A stretch of 64,000 nt of DNA from Basidiobolus meristosporus CBS 931.73 (Eukaryota > Fungi > Basidiobolomycota): NCBI GenBank assembly GCA_002104905.1, contig MCFE01000289.1, positions 38,849 through 102,848 on the forward strand. The letters run 5' to 3'. The notes under the pieces were generated by a model. It was not told where the DNA came from. It searched no databases and saw only the letters and a list, made by a program, of their open reading frames with translations. The position numbers were made by a program, and so were the translations under genes. Every line of letters begins with the position of its first letter. Position 1 is the first letter of the stretch. Below, in pieces: positions 50,194 through 63,639 of this stretch.

Positions 50194-53100
50194 TGTTATG
50201 ATCTGCTGCTTGAATGTTTAAGTTAGATCAGTTTTTAGTCAAATCAATTAGTATATGTTTAGGTTATCAGTATATCAGTATTATCTATGAAATCAGTAGC
50301 ATTAGTCAGCAAATGAATCAGCAGATCCTTATCAGACAGAAATAGATATATTAAGTAGGATCTTATTGGGTGATGATGATGCAATCAAATGAGTCATCAG
50401 CCACAACCTACATTAGGAAATACAATTAGTCAGCAATTGATCTGGCAAAATGTATATAAGGAGCAGCTGGAACCTCAATAAAAATCAGTTCAAGTTTTAG
50501 TGAATACAATACTAGCTAAACTCCCTATTCCTCTACAACTCTTATACCAAGACTTGTAACATTGGTAGCAGCGATAACCAGAAACCTCCCTCCTGAAGAA
50601 AAGAAGAAACCACCCTCAAGATGTCGGACAATCAAGAATGGAAGAATGCCATGCAGCAAATCCTGGCCCAACAGCAACAGCTACTCCAGATCCTCAGCCA
50701 ACAGCAACAAGGAATGACTACCATGGCTCAGAGCCAACAAAGCCCTGTCAAGAGCAACTTTAGTGTGAAGGTCAACCGGTACCATGGCAGAGTCAATGAA
50801 AACCTGGGAACTTGGCTCTTTCAGATTGAAGAAGCTTTTAAAGCTAAAGGAATTGCTCCAGAGAGCAAGTTGCATATGCAGCTTCTTACCTGGCAGATGC
50901 AGCTTTACAGTGGTACCACAACAAGATCAGGTCAGCTACTATGATGGGATGCTCTACAATCTCTACCTGGGATGAGTTTGTGTCGGAAATTCAGGATGCT
51001 TTTGAACCTCCACACCAGCAGACACTACTAAGAAGGAAGTTAAAGACACTCAGACAGAAAGGAATGGTGCAAGAATACATCTATGAGTACAGATGTCTAC
51101 TTGGACAAATTGAAAGAATGGACCCCTTGGATCAAGTTGAATACTTTATTGATGGGTTGAAAGAAAGAACTCGCAAGGAAGTCAATTACCGAAGACCTCA
51201 GACTATTGAAGAAGCCATCAAGATTGCCATTGACTATGACTCAGCTATGTTTGGAGTTGGGAAGCCTACAGTGACTAAACAGAAAGGCTATAATCATTAT
51301 GAAAGAAGACAATCAGAAGCAGTACCAATGGAAATAGACGCTATGCAGAAGAATCCCTCCTCAGAAGAATGCAAGAAGAGAGGACTTTGCTTCAATTGCC
51401 ACCAGCAGGGACATATTGCAAGGTACTGCCCTCAGAGAAGAAATGGACACCAGCCAACAAGAACCTTCTACCATATTGAGTCCCATGAACACAGTAATGT
51501 GGAAGATGAGCTTGAAGAAGACTTGGAACTCACCTTCCATATGACAGAAGAGTACTTGTCCCAAATGACTTCAAACTCAGGGAAGTTATTGTACTTGAAT
51601 GGAGTAATCAATGGAGTACCTGCCAAGATCATGATTGACTCAGGAGCATCGCATGAATACATGTCAGAGCAATTTGCTTTGAAAACTGGAATCAACTCAG
51701 AACCTACCAAATCAACTTCAGTTTCCACAGCTGATGGGAACTCCCACATAATCAACCGTATTACCCAGCCAGTAAGAATGAAGATCAATGACTATGAAGA
51801 AGACCTACAGGCTTATATATTTGGGAACTGCAAGTTTGACCTTGTACTTGGAAAAACCTGGCTATTTTGTCGTAATCCATCAATCAACTGGAGAACCCAT
51901 GCTACTCAGATTCAAAAAGACAACAAGACCTATGAGCTATTACCTGCCATGCTGGATTTCAACTTGGTCAATTCCAGTGTGTGTGAGACAAGTGAACTTA
52001 GCAAGACCCAGTTCTGTAGAGCACTTAGAAAAGGTACCGAGATGTTCCTCATGGTGGTATTACAGGAGGATTCCTCTACCCCAGCACCCCAGCAGGTCCA
52101 GACTCTCTTGAAGAAATATTCAGACGTGTTTCCAGATGAGCTTGTAAGCCTACCACCAGTCAGAGACGTGGATCATGCCATTGACACAGGAGATAGCCCT
52201 CCAGTGAGCAAGACACCTTACAGAATGAGTCCATTGGAATTGGAGGAAATGAAGAGACAAATTGATCAGCTATTGGAGCAAGGATACATCAGGCCCAGCA
52301 AGTCACCCTGGGGAGCACCAGTGCTTTTTGTGAAAAAGAAGGATGGAACACTTAGGATGTGCATTGACTACAGAGCCCTGAACTCAGTTACCGTCAAGAA
52401 TAAGTACCCCATACCTCGGATTGATGAGCTTTTAGACCAACTTAATGGAGCCACTATTTTCAGCAAGATTGACCTCATGTCAGGATACAACCAGATTAGG
52501 GTGAAACCAGAAGATATCCCTAAGACAGCATTCAGGACCAGACATGGACATTACGAGTACTTAGTCATGAGTTTTGGCCTCACTAATGCCCCTGCAACAT
52601 TCATGACGCTGATGCAGACTGTCTTTCAGGAGTACTTAGACAAGTTTGTGATAATCTACCTGGATGACATATTGATATACAGCAAGACAGAAAAGGATCA
52701 CATGGTACACATTGAAAAGGTGTTGAAGAAGCTAAGAGAGAACAAGCTATACGGCAAACTAGCCAAGTGTGAATTCTTCAAGGAACACGTAGAATATCTG
52801 GGACACATAGTGACTAGCACAGGAGTAACCTTAGACCCCAAGAGGGTGGAAGTAATCAAGAATTTGAAGCAGCCCCATAGCATATCAGAACTCAGATCCT
52901 TCCTTGGAATGGTTTCCTATTATCAGAGATTTGTCAAGTCATTTGCAAGTATTGCAGCCCCTTTAACTGATATCCTCAAGAAAGACAATACCTACAAGTG
53001 GGACATAGCTTGTGAGACTGCCTTCCAGACGCTAAAGAATGAACTTGCTAAGTTGCCAAGCTTAAGAATACCAGACTTCAGAAAAGAGTTCACTCTATGC

Positions 53101-55131
53101 ACAGATGCTTCAGATTACGCAATTGGTGGAGTGCTGAGCCAAGAACACAAGGGAAAGGACTACCCTGTTGCCTTTGAATCCAAGAAACTGAACTCAGCAG
53201 AACAAAACTATCTAGTCCATGAGAAGGAGATGCTTGCTATAATACACTGTTTGAAGACATGGAGATGCTATATTGAAGGAGTCAAATGCACTGTGAAGAC
53301 TGATCATGCCTCCCTCAAGTATATATTTACTCAGAAGGTACTCTCTAGAAGAATGACAAGATGGAGTGAATACATTCAGCAATTTGACCTGGAGATTGTC
53401 TACTGCCCTGGAAAAAACAACACGGTTGCGGATGCCTTATCAAGATTAGATCAAGTTGCACAACTCAACTTGGTGCATGAATCAGATTGGCCTAGCCTAT
53501 TACCAAAGTACTTGGAGGACCAAGCCATTCCTAATGAGGTGGATGAAGATATCAAGAAGATAATCCGGGATGAAGCCAGCAAATTTGTTGTACAGGATGA
53601 AACACTCTACCGAATTGTTGATGGAAGCCCTATTGCCTATTGTCCTTATGTTGCTTGCCTGGATTTAATACATAAGCTACACAATGGATATGGACATCTT
53701 GGGATTGAAGGAACCTATAGCCTTGTGAAAGCCAGAGCATGGTGGCCCAGAATGAAACAAGATATTGAGAAGCTAGTAAAAACATGCCCAAACTGCCAAA
53801 TCAATCAGGGCCAGCCACAAAGAATTGCCAAACTCTTCCCTTTGGAGCCTGTCAGACCATTTGAGAGATGGGGAATTGACTTTATTGGAAGACTGCCAAC
53901 TACCAGGAAATGTAACCGTTGGATCCTAGTAGCTATTGACCATGCCACTAAATGGCCAGTTGCTAAAGCCGTACCAATAGCCAGTGAACAAGAAGTTGCA
54001 AGTTTCATTTACCATGAGATCCTGATGAAGTTTGGATGCCCTGTGGAGATCTTATCGGATAGAGGTGCAAACTTTATGGCAAAGACATTAGAGGCTTACC
54101 TGGAAATGCAGCAGATCAGACACTTGAAAACCTTGGCATATCACCCCAGAACTAATGGAGTCACTGAGCGGTTTAATGGATTATTTGGAAAAATGCTGAC
54201 TAAGTATGCAAATGGAGTTGTCAGGAGATGGGATGAGTATATAGACCAAGCACTCTTTGCATGCAGAGTCAGAGTACACAACACCACCCAGCAATCACCA
54301 TTTTACTTAGTTTATGGATGCAAACCTAGGATTCCAGGAGATCTCACACAACCCAAGCTTACAGATGCCTTAGAAGATGAACTTAGTCAGCCAAGTAGAC
54401 ACCAGCAACTGGAACAAAGACGTCAAGAGGCACAGACCAAAGTATCTCAAAGTGCAGAAAAGATGAAGCAGAGATTTGATAAGACTATAGCACCAGAAGC
54501 ATTGACAGTTGGGAACTTTGTATTGCTAAGAAACAACACTTGGAAGAAGTTTGAGCCACAATGGACAGGACCATTCAAGATCATCAGAGAATGTCCATTT
54601 GCAACTTACCAACTGGTGGACAAGCAAGGTAATATCCGGGAAGACTTAGTGCATAGGGACAGACTCAAGCTTGCAAGACTTGCTGATAATACTGAACCAT
54701 CAAGATATTGGTATCACAAGAAAAGAGATTCAGGAGAACCCTCTCAACTTTAGTAGGGGAGAATGTTATGATCTGCCGCTTGAATGTTTAAGTTAGATCA
54801 GTTTTTAGTCAAATCAATTAGTATATGTTTAGGTTATCAGTATATCAGTATTATCTATGAAATCAGTAGCATTAGTCAGCAAATGAATCAGCAGATCCTT
54901 ATCAGACAGAAATAGATATATTAAGTAGGATCTTATTGGGTGATGATGATGCAATCAAATGAGTCATCAGCCACAACCTACATTAGGAAATACAATTAGT
55001 CAGCAATTGATCTGGCAAAATGTATATAAGGAGCTGCTGGAACCTCAATAAAAATCAGTTCAAGTTTTAGTGAATACAATACTAGCTAAACTCCCTATTC
55101 CTCTACAACTCTTATACCAAGACTTGTAACA
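50194..55131 (+). mobile_element. Young Ty3/gypsy LTR retrotransposon (family B)
   Basis: 368-bp LTRs at 50194-50561 and 54764-55131, in which I found 2 differences; TSD GTAC; PBS TGGTAGCAGCG (50563); PPT AGTAGGGGAGAA. Confidence 0.97.
50621..54753 (+). CDS. Ty3/gypsy Gag-Pol polyprotein with one frameshift in gag (~50875)
   Basis: Capsid-like region, [14 protein letters not shown] knuckle, MIDSGAS protease, YLDDILI RT, TDAS/FESKKL RNase H, H..GH.G..CPNC and GIDF integrase; no chromodomain. Confidence 0.95.
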
Positions 55132-56775
55132 GTACCAAAGCAAAGAAGCTGATCAAGTCTAAGGATGTGTTTTTTGATTAAAATGATTTTTTTTGCAAAA
55201 AACTGACATCAGATGATGACAAAAATCTGATTGCAGGTCCACCAATAGTTAGGATTATATCAGGGAATTACATTGAGTGCTTCTTCATTCCAGAGGACTA
55301 TGCAGTCATGGCTCAGCATAAGTCAATGACATGGAATACTTTGGAAGTGATCACTACAGTTTCACAAGCCAGAATATTCAACTGGACCAGAAATAGCCAA
55401 AATTACTAAGAAGGTACAAACTTAGCCTATGCCTATTCAGTCCATATTGATGAGCCCCAGACTGTAATAGAGGCCCTAAATAGCCCTCAGATAGAGTCCT
55501 GGGGATCTGCAATGACTTAGGGGTATCAGGCCTTAATGGCAAATCAAACTTGGGACTTAGTCAAATTACCAATCAACCAAAATCAATGAGATGTAGATGG
55601 GTCTTCAAGACAAAATACAAGGCCATTATTACAATCAAAAGCTACAATGCAAGACCTGTTGTCAAAGCATACACTCAAACATAAAAGACTTGACTATGCT
55701 CAGATCTTTGCACCAGTAGCCAAGTTTAATTTCATCAGATTAATATTGGCTATTGCAGCCAAATATAAATATTGTATACATCACATAGATACTCTGGTGC
55801 AGATTGGGGACAACATTTGGAAGACAGCAGTTCCAACACAGGGTGCACCTTTCTTTTGCTGTAATAGTTTGTAGTTTCACCTAAATATTCACCTCACTTA
55901 GTCATAGATTTCATTACCTGCAAATTGTACAGTATACTCCCCAAATTCATTGTTGGGATTTACCTAGACTATTTCTACCAAAATGTCTGGTACCCAGTAT
56001 ATGAAAGTTCTCAAAGTTGTTCAAACAGCCCCAAACTTTGCACACATGCTTGTGGGACCTTCCTAAACCTATCATACATGTTTGCTATGCCAAGAATATA
56101 TAAAAGTATAAATACTACTTTTTGAATCATTAAATCATTAAGTGATGACTACATGATTAGCTTGTTCTCCAAGTCACTTCCAATATCTCTGAGACTCTTA
56201 CAACTGGTTATGAGCCTGTGCTGTCACTCTCTGCAATGTCCACTACTGCTATTGCTGGAATTTTTCTCTCTGCTGAAAAGTAGGATGGACCTAATTACCA
56301 ACTGTGGAAAGTGAAGATGAAGATGCTGCTACAAGGAAGAGGCCTTTGGGATATTGCCATGGGAGAAGAATGCCCTTATAAAGATGTGGGAGAGGAATTC
56401 TTAAAGTACCAGAAGAAAGGATAAAGTGCCTTTAACTGCATTTGCCTTATTGTCAAAGACAAATTGCTAATATAATGCTCAAGAGTAAAAACAGCAAAGA
56501 ATTCCTGGAAGGCATTAGCAGACACCTATCAGCTATTGTTGGCTGCTTAGAAAATGTATCACAGTCAAAAACTCCTTACTACATAGGTGTTGCCAGGAGA
56601 AGAAATGAAAAATCTAATTAACAAAATTGGCCTGCTGGTGGATGAGATGGAATCTCTTGGTGTACCATCTACTGATGAGGATGTGATAGTTACCATCCTG
56701 AATAGTCTGAAAGACATGTTTCAGGGCCTTTAACAGCTCTAGAGTCCAGAACTGAAGATTTGACCTTAAATTATA
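55132..56775 (+). pseudogene. Ty1/copia relic: integrase tail and truncated RT of unit 1, then LTR-like spacer and gag of unit 2
   Basis: RCRWVFKTK..LDYAQIFAPVAKFNFIRLILAIAA; second gag NYQLWKVKMKMLLQGRGLWDI; GGTTATGAGCC after ...CTTACA resembles a copia-type PBS. Confidence 0.75.
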
Positions 56776-57226
56776 CTCTATGAAAAATTATTGAGATTAT
56801 CCCGTCAAAAGGCCATCACAAAGTTAATGTCCCATGACTGAGAGGTACTGATCTTGTCAGGACTCTGCCCAGAGACCGTTTAAAAATAATTGCACCCCAG
56901 ATTTCACAAAAAACTTTGTCAAAATTTTTCATCACAACAATGTATAAGTGGTTTTTGATTAATTCCCTGCCAATTTGCTCACTTTCTGATCCCAGACACT
57001 TTATTGCCTCCTATGTTTGTGTGAATTGATTGGCTATTGCCTCTTTTTCACACTCCTTACTTCCTGACTCAGCCATTTCTCTTACTTTTCATGTGTACAA
57101 ATTGATTTATTTACGTTGAAACTTCAGTTGTACCTCAATTGCCAATTGTATTGACCTATACAAGTCTCTATACCCTACACTAACATTAAGCCCAACCCTA
57201 CACTCAATAAGTAACTCCATTAAAAT

Positions 57227-59182
57227 CTACCATGCAATAAGTATTTCTGCTATAATGCTCTGGTTCCACAACTTTGGTGGGAACCCAACGGCTTTATGCC
57301 ACTGTTCATTCACTGGTTCCCACACATTCTGGTCTTCAGCTGGCACTGCAAGGTCTAGCTCCTCTCTGCCAGTCTTTGCAATAAATCCTTGCAATATTCC
57401 AGTGCGTTTTCTTTAGCACTGCTCTTGAAGAAGTGCTGCAACCTCTTGGTCTGCCTATTAATGTTCCAAAACTCCACTGAAGGCATTGTGATAGTCTTTC
57501 AAGCTCTTGACATTGTAGCCTTGTCTGTCAGTGGGATCTCCACTCTGTCAACAATGGAGGCTATGGAGGCTGCGGAGGCTGTGGCAGACAAATTGTCTTT
57601 TTCTGCAAACTCACCTACCTTGCTGGAGTGTAGCTCAACTGGCTGCGCTTTGAACTCTTGTGAAAACAGCTGTTTTCTTGTTGGTAATTTTTCTTGGCTA
57701 TGATGGGATTTAGTCTGTTCCTGGCTTGTGGCATTAATTGGCAAGAACTGTAGTTTCTTTTGCATGCCTCCCTGTCTCATGCTGGGGTTGACATTTTTCC
57801 CTTTACCTTTTCCTTTATCACTGCCATGTCTTTCACTGCTACTTTGTCTGAGTGCTTCTTGAAAAGAACTATGTTTTCTCCTGGATAAATTCTGCTCTGA
57901 TGCATCTGTTTTGGCCTGCTTGTCCCTTGCTGGCACTCTTCTGGCAACCTGACGTTTCTTTCCAGCTTGTTTTGAGCTCTCAACCAAAGTGGTGACAGGC
58001 TCCTGTAAAAACGGCTGGTTTTTATCACTGCCAGGTCCTTCACTGCTACTTTGACTGGATGCTCCTTGAGTGGTACTACGCTTTTTCCTTGATAAGTGTT
58101 GTGCTGGTGCATCCATGTCTGCCTGCTTGTCCTTAATTGGCACTCTTCCAGCTGCCTGATGTCTCTTTGACGCTTGTCTGGAGCTTTTGGCCCTGCTTGT
58201 AATGGGCTGTTGAGGAAGTTGCTGGTTTTTAGCCATGGCACCCTTGTTCTTCTGCCTTTGATAGTTTCTGCTATTCTTAAGATACTTTCTTAGCATACCT
58301 ATGCTGGCCCAAGATCTGTTTGCCCATTTGAATCCAGGATACCGCTCATGGAACAAGTTAAGTGCATTCTGCTTGGCCTTGAGTTCCTGATGGTCCCATG
58401 ATATGCTGGCCTTAAGGTGATGGCATGCTAGACTTCTGACACCCTCTTGTATATTAGCCCACTCTTAATTATTGCACCCAACAGCTTCACGGATCTTCAA
58501 TGTCTTTTGATTTTTAGGCTTTGGTATAGACACCACATTGTCTCCCTCTCATGCTGTGATAGGTTTTTCTGTGGGCTTTATCTTTGGGCACTGTTGTTGT
58601 GCTTCAAAGACTGTACGGTGTTCCTCTGCTGTTACATCAGGAAATGGCTCAATTCTTGGCTGTGACATTGAGCTACTTGAGTTCCTTCTTTGCAGCCAAG
58701 ATACTGCTTTCTCTACCTGGGATATTGATTGCTCTACACATATTATCTGCTCATCCTGTTTCTGGACTACTTCCTGATTTCTTTGGGCCATTGCATCTAT
58801 CCTATCAGCCACTGCACCTAATGCCTCATTAATGCTTTGGTATGAGCTGACAACATACCTGCTAATAAGGGGTGGTGGTGATGTTATCATGGCCACTTGC
58901 TGATCTTCAACAGAGGGTACTGTGTTTGCTACATTCTCATCTGCCTGAGCATAACAGTCAGCTTGTAGCTCGGCAGAGGTTCTCAATTGCCTACTTGACT
59001 GAGAGCCTGAGGAGTCTGCATTAATACCTTCAATGGGCAAACTGTCCACAGGGCCTTTTTGGATGTAGCCCTGCTTGTTGCACTGAATGTGAAAGCAAGC
59101 TGTTGTCCAACCATTCTTCTGTTGCCGTCAGCAGTGGGGTTTGGTTGAGAACCAGACAAGTTTGCTTTATTTTTGGTGGCAT
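57227..59182 (-). pseudogene. Accessory gene of element E (~650 aa when repaired), unknown function
   Basis: ORF fragments 58549-59049 and 57499-58356 are co-linear with copies B and D; coiled coil, helical domain and duplicated ~68-aa K/S/Q-rich module; one frameshift and several stops. Confidence 0.8.
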
Positions 59183-59404
59183 ATATATGGAAGTGAGTCA
59201 GACCAAAGGGGAAATAGTGTTACATATACATGTGTATGTGGTGCCACAACTTTATTTATAATGCTTACTATGGCAGGTCATCATGGAATCTTACATTCAT
59301 GTAGGTGCAATGTCTCAAATACAAGACTGTCTTAAGTTCACATGAGTATTGACAAAAAAGTGATATAATAGCGTTACATTGTTGAAGGTTAAACTATTTG
59401 CCCC

Positions 59405-62400
59405 ATGGACAAGACTACTTTGACTCAACACCGTAAGAGAAGAGAAAAAAGACCATGTGGCTATTGTGGTAAGCCTCTCAGCCATGAAGCACGCAGACAG
59501 CATAGGAAGTATTACAAGGATCATGGCCAGTGTTTTGCCATCCAGGTCATATTTGACCATTCATTGGTCACTACTGTACCAACATTATCATGCCGGCCTG
59601 TTGATACTTCTATATTGGCACCTGGCTGTGTTTGTCACCTTGCGCAAACTGAGTCAGGTGAGTTTATGACACCTTTGGGCTCACCTCAGCCTTCTGAATA
59701 TGGTACGCAGAGTGATAGCTCTGACAAAGAAGGCTGACTGATGGATTTTGAGCCTATCTCCCCTGAAAACAGTACCACGTATGAGCCCAGTCAAATCCCT
59801 ATATGCAATGAGACAACACTTGTTATGACAAATGCCAAGGATACTTTATGGAGCCAAGTGAGCCCAGTAATCCATCTACTGGTGAATGATGTGATGTTGT
59901 GGCTAGAGAAGTGACGTGTTTCTACTAATATCAGTAATGGGGGCTTTGAGGATTTATTGCAACTTCTTGCCAAAGTCATACCGGGATGCAACTTACCATG
60001 TACATGGTACAAGTGGACAACCATCATGTGGCTGGCAACATATGATCCAGAGACTGTCCTGATTACAGCATGTGTTGACAGTTGCATGGCATTCACATCC
60101 AAAAGTGCTACCATTGCAACGCATCCATATTGTCAGGAATCCACAACCATTAAGGGAAAACATTGTTCACACTCCGGATATATTCCGGTCATACCCCATC
60201 TGAGGAAGCTGATGCAGTCCAACAACTATAGCAAAGCTATACAGTACTGCACTCAGTATCAATCAAGCGCAAACATATTCAATATATTTGATGGCAAACA
60301 TTACAAACAGCTAAGAAGCAAGGGCTACTTTGAAAGGATGTATGACCTTGCCTTTACTTTAGCACTTGATGGATTCTCATCAAACAAGTACTCTACCAGC
60401 AAATCCTGCCGGCCACTGATTCTCATCAATCTGAATCTGCCACCCATCTTACGGTATCAGCGCAGTAATCTGATGGTAGTCTCACTGGTATCTGGGCCTA
60501 AATCACTGTCCAGCCTGGATAGCTACCGGTATCTATTGCTGAATGAATTTTGTATGCTTTCCAGCGGGATAACAGTAAATGGCCATCATGTAAAAGTGCA
60601 TATTATTATCTGCATTGGAGATACCCCAGCCATCAGCAAGATACCTCAGGTATGCAATTCCCATGGCACTCCAAATCTAACTCCTGTGGCTTGTAACATG
60701 TCACAAAAATGCATGGCACCAACTTGGTCCAATGGTACTATCTGGCACTATAGGTGCTTTGTATAGATCTTACTTTAGGGCTAATATTTCAATATAGTGC
60801 CTGATAGTACCGGTTGTATGTATGACCATGCCTTTGTTTTAGGACTTAATGGATTCTCATTAAACAAGTACTCTACCAGCAAATCCTGCTGGCCACTGAT
60901 TCTCATCAATCTGAATCTGCCACCCATCTTACAGTATCAGAGCAATAATCTGACGGTAGTCCCACTGGTATCTGGGCCTAAATCACTGTCCAGCCTGGAT
61001 AGCTACCGGTATCCATTGCTGAATGAATTTTGTATGCTTTCCAGCGGGATAACAGTAAATGGCCATCATGTAAAAGTGCATATTGTTATCTGCATTGGAG
61101 ATACCCCAGCCATCAGCAAGATAGCAGGTTTTTCCGGGCACAATGGATGGTATTGCGGTTGAATGTGTGAGATCCAGGGGATTTATTCCATAACTCACAC
61201 ACATTATCATTACCCAAACACCAGCACTAACAACATCATCTTTCCACAGAGAGAATGTACAGAAGTAAGGATGCAATTGCAGCAAAGTTGGCAAGCTATA
61301 AGCCATTGGCCAGAATATGGAATCAATTGGAAACTGGAGATACTTAAGATAGAGGGTATCTGTTGGAGCAAAAGCTTTCCACTGGGAGCAATGCATATAC
61401 TTTTCAACAATGTTACATTACTGATGACCAAGTTGTACATGGGGCATTTCAGGCTAAATGAGCCCTTTGAGATACCAGAGAAATATGAAAAAATTGGCAA
61501 GATATTACAGAGTATCCACTACACTAAGTACTTCTCATGGGCTCCAATTAATATTCATACACATATGTGACAATACAAAGGCAAAAACTGGATGAACTGC
61601 ATATGTATTTATTCAAGTGGTGTTCTGGAGCCGTTCCTACCAAGAGTACATTGGAAGCATTGGGAGTCATTTGTGGACATTGTAGGAATATTTGTCTAGA
61701 AGTGGATCACCAATGCCAACTTGGCACATATGCAGCTGTTGTGTGAGGAGTTTGTGATGGGATTTGAGCAGCTATACTACAAACATAAAGCTGGACGTGT
61801 AGATCTCTGCCGCTACTGTATCCATTCTCTACTCCATCTTGCACAGTGTGTGGAGAATATTGGGCCTTGCTTCACCTTTTGGGAGTTTCCTATGGAGTGG
61901 ATGTGTGGGGAGATAAGAAGACAAGTTAAGTTGCAGTTACTACCATATCCCAATCTCATCAAGAATATTACCTTCAAGTCCATCATGGATGTGATGAGTT
62001 GGCACATGGAGGACAGCCAGAAAGAGTTGGAAAATACTGAGGACAAATGTGCACATGGAGACACCTATGCCTATGGCATTAAGAAGCTAAGCAGCCCCAA
62101 TGGGTGGGTAATCAGTTATGTAATGCAAAGTTGGGTTGGGTGCAACAAGCAACTAATTTTTATCAGGACAACTCCACCAAGATATGCCGGATTTCTTGTG
62201 GTCACAAGCCAACTTCTACACCATTCAATACAGAGTTCACACAAACAAAAGCCAGAGCGCACCTATAAGGGGGACTAGAGTCAAGCAGGGAGAAGGAATA
62301 TATTGGCTAAATACCAAGAAGCTCTTTGCCAATATTCAGGATGATCTCATGGCAGAAGTGGCAACAATCAAGCATATGTTTGCAAGATGTATATGCTACC

Positions 62401-62750
62401 AGCAGTACAAGGTATATGGCAACTTTGCAAGTATCACACTAAAAAGCCGTAAAGTTGAGGTGATAGAAGTATGTCAATTGCGGCAGGTGTATGTGTTTGT
62501 AGAGGTTAGTAAGCAGGAGGCCATGGTTTTTTTTGATCTGAACTATATGTGGAATACCCAAGGTAGTAGTGGGTAAGCAAATAAAGAAAGGTGATTCTAT
62601 AGTGGAATATATGAATTGCACAAGGGGAGGTAGAAAAGAGAAATACCATTTGGTAAATTGGTACAGTAGCATTATACATAACCAGCGGCAGGCCATCATA
62701 CTGCAAAAAAAAAGCCATCAGAGTTTTGCTGTGAGGCCTTCAAAATACTG
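59405..62750 (+). pseudogene. CACTA/EnSpm (Transposase_21-like) transposase of element E, with stops and an internal duplication
   Basis: CGYC..H N-terminus; CVDSCMAF..CQE; IFDGKHYKQL; LALDGFS..WPLILINLNLPP; GPK..LDSY; GDTPAISKIAGFSGHNG.YC; MHILFNN; HSLLHL..GPCFTFWEFPME; 3' end approximate. Confidence 0.88.
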
Positions 62751-63054
62751 TCAAGTTTCTTGCCATATAAGGCAATTGAAAGTCCTGGCCAACTGGATGC
62801 ACTTAAATTAGTAATAGAGCGCTGAAAGACTGCAACAATAACATGCAAATATTGTCACAGCACCGATCAAAAATTGTCAAGTTTTATCCCTTTATTTGGC
62901 TGTAAAATTTGCAAAACACCGTCATGATCTTGTTATAAGATTGTCAGGAGGGTCACTAATTCCAAGCTGCTGTTATTATGATGGTCTCTGAATGGGATCT
63001 TGACAGATGATCTGGATTGGATCCACCCGCGGGACCAAATTATTTTTCATAGGG

Positions 63055-63625
63055 TAATGTATATAGAAGGCACCTGGATGAAGAATTAAGATAAACAAGC
63101 ACCAATAAGAAGGAAGAAGAAATGCTTTGGTAAGAAATGATAACTAGCAAAGGAGATACCAAAGACCTTTTGAAGGTATTGCAACCTGTTCTGCAACTAC
63201 TGCAAATGGAAAGGACACACATCAGACCAGTGTTTGAAAAAGAGATAAAGTCAGCAGAAAAAGCCTGAATATGGAAATGCTGTAACAACTAAAGATTGAC
63301 TAGCCATATGTGACCTAAATATGGCCACAAACAAGGATTCTCAGACATGGTGTACAGGCTCTGGAGCATTGCAACACTTCATACACCAAAATGAACTTTT
63401 TGCCCAATATCTAGAAATTCAATATAAGAATGTTTTCATGGGTACAATAGAACACTTGATGCAGTGAGAGAAGGAACTGTCCAAGTAAGCCTTAGAAGTA
63501 GTGAAGGAAGCCACATGCTGACCTTTGAAGAAGTACTCTATGTACTAGAAATAGCCATGAATCTACTATGTGTAAGCAAGGCTGCAGCTGAAGGACTCAG
63601 CTTCAGCTTTGACAATTTTAGATAC
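63055..63625 (+). pseudogene. Continuation of copia unit 2 (gag-protease)
   Basis: RRHLDEELR; WCTGSGALQHF; similar to 49030-49560. Confidence 0.75.
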
Positions 63626-63639
63626 AGGTGTTGTAAAAT

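Larger units (their letters stand above)
56776..63054 (+). mobile_element. CACTA-like (CMC-EnSpm) element copy E, best preserved, inserted in copia gag
   Basis: CTCTATGAAAAATTATTG...AATTATTTTTCATAGGG; TA on both flanks; gag ALESRTEDLTLNY resumes as ..VYRRHLDEELR. Confidence 0.92.

Noticed and set aside
50860-50945. Programmed ribosomal frameshift in the Ty3 element
   Set aside because: The shift lies inside the capsid domain with no slippery heptamer, and gag and pol are otherwise in one frame; a 1-bp deletion or sequencing error is more likely
17776-63054. Dispersed repeated motifs considered as CRISPR-like or satellite arrays
   Set aside because: No regular repeat-spacer periodicity; the repeats are transposon termini and gene copies in a eukaryotic context
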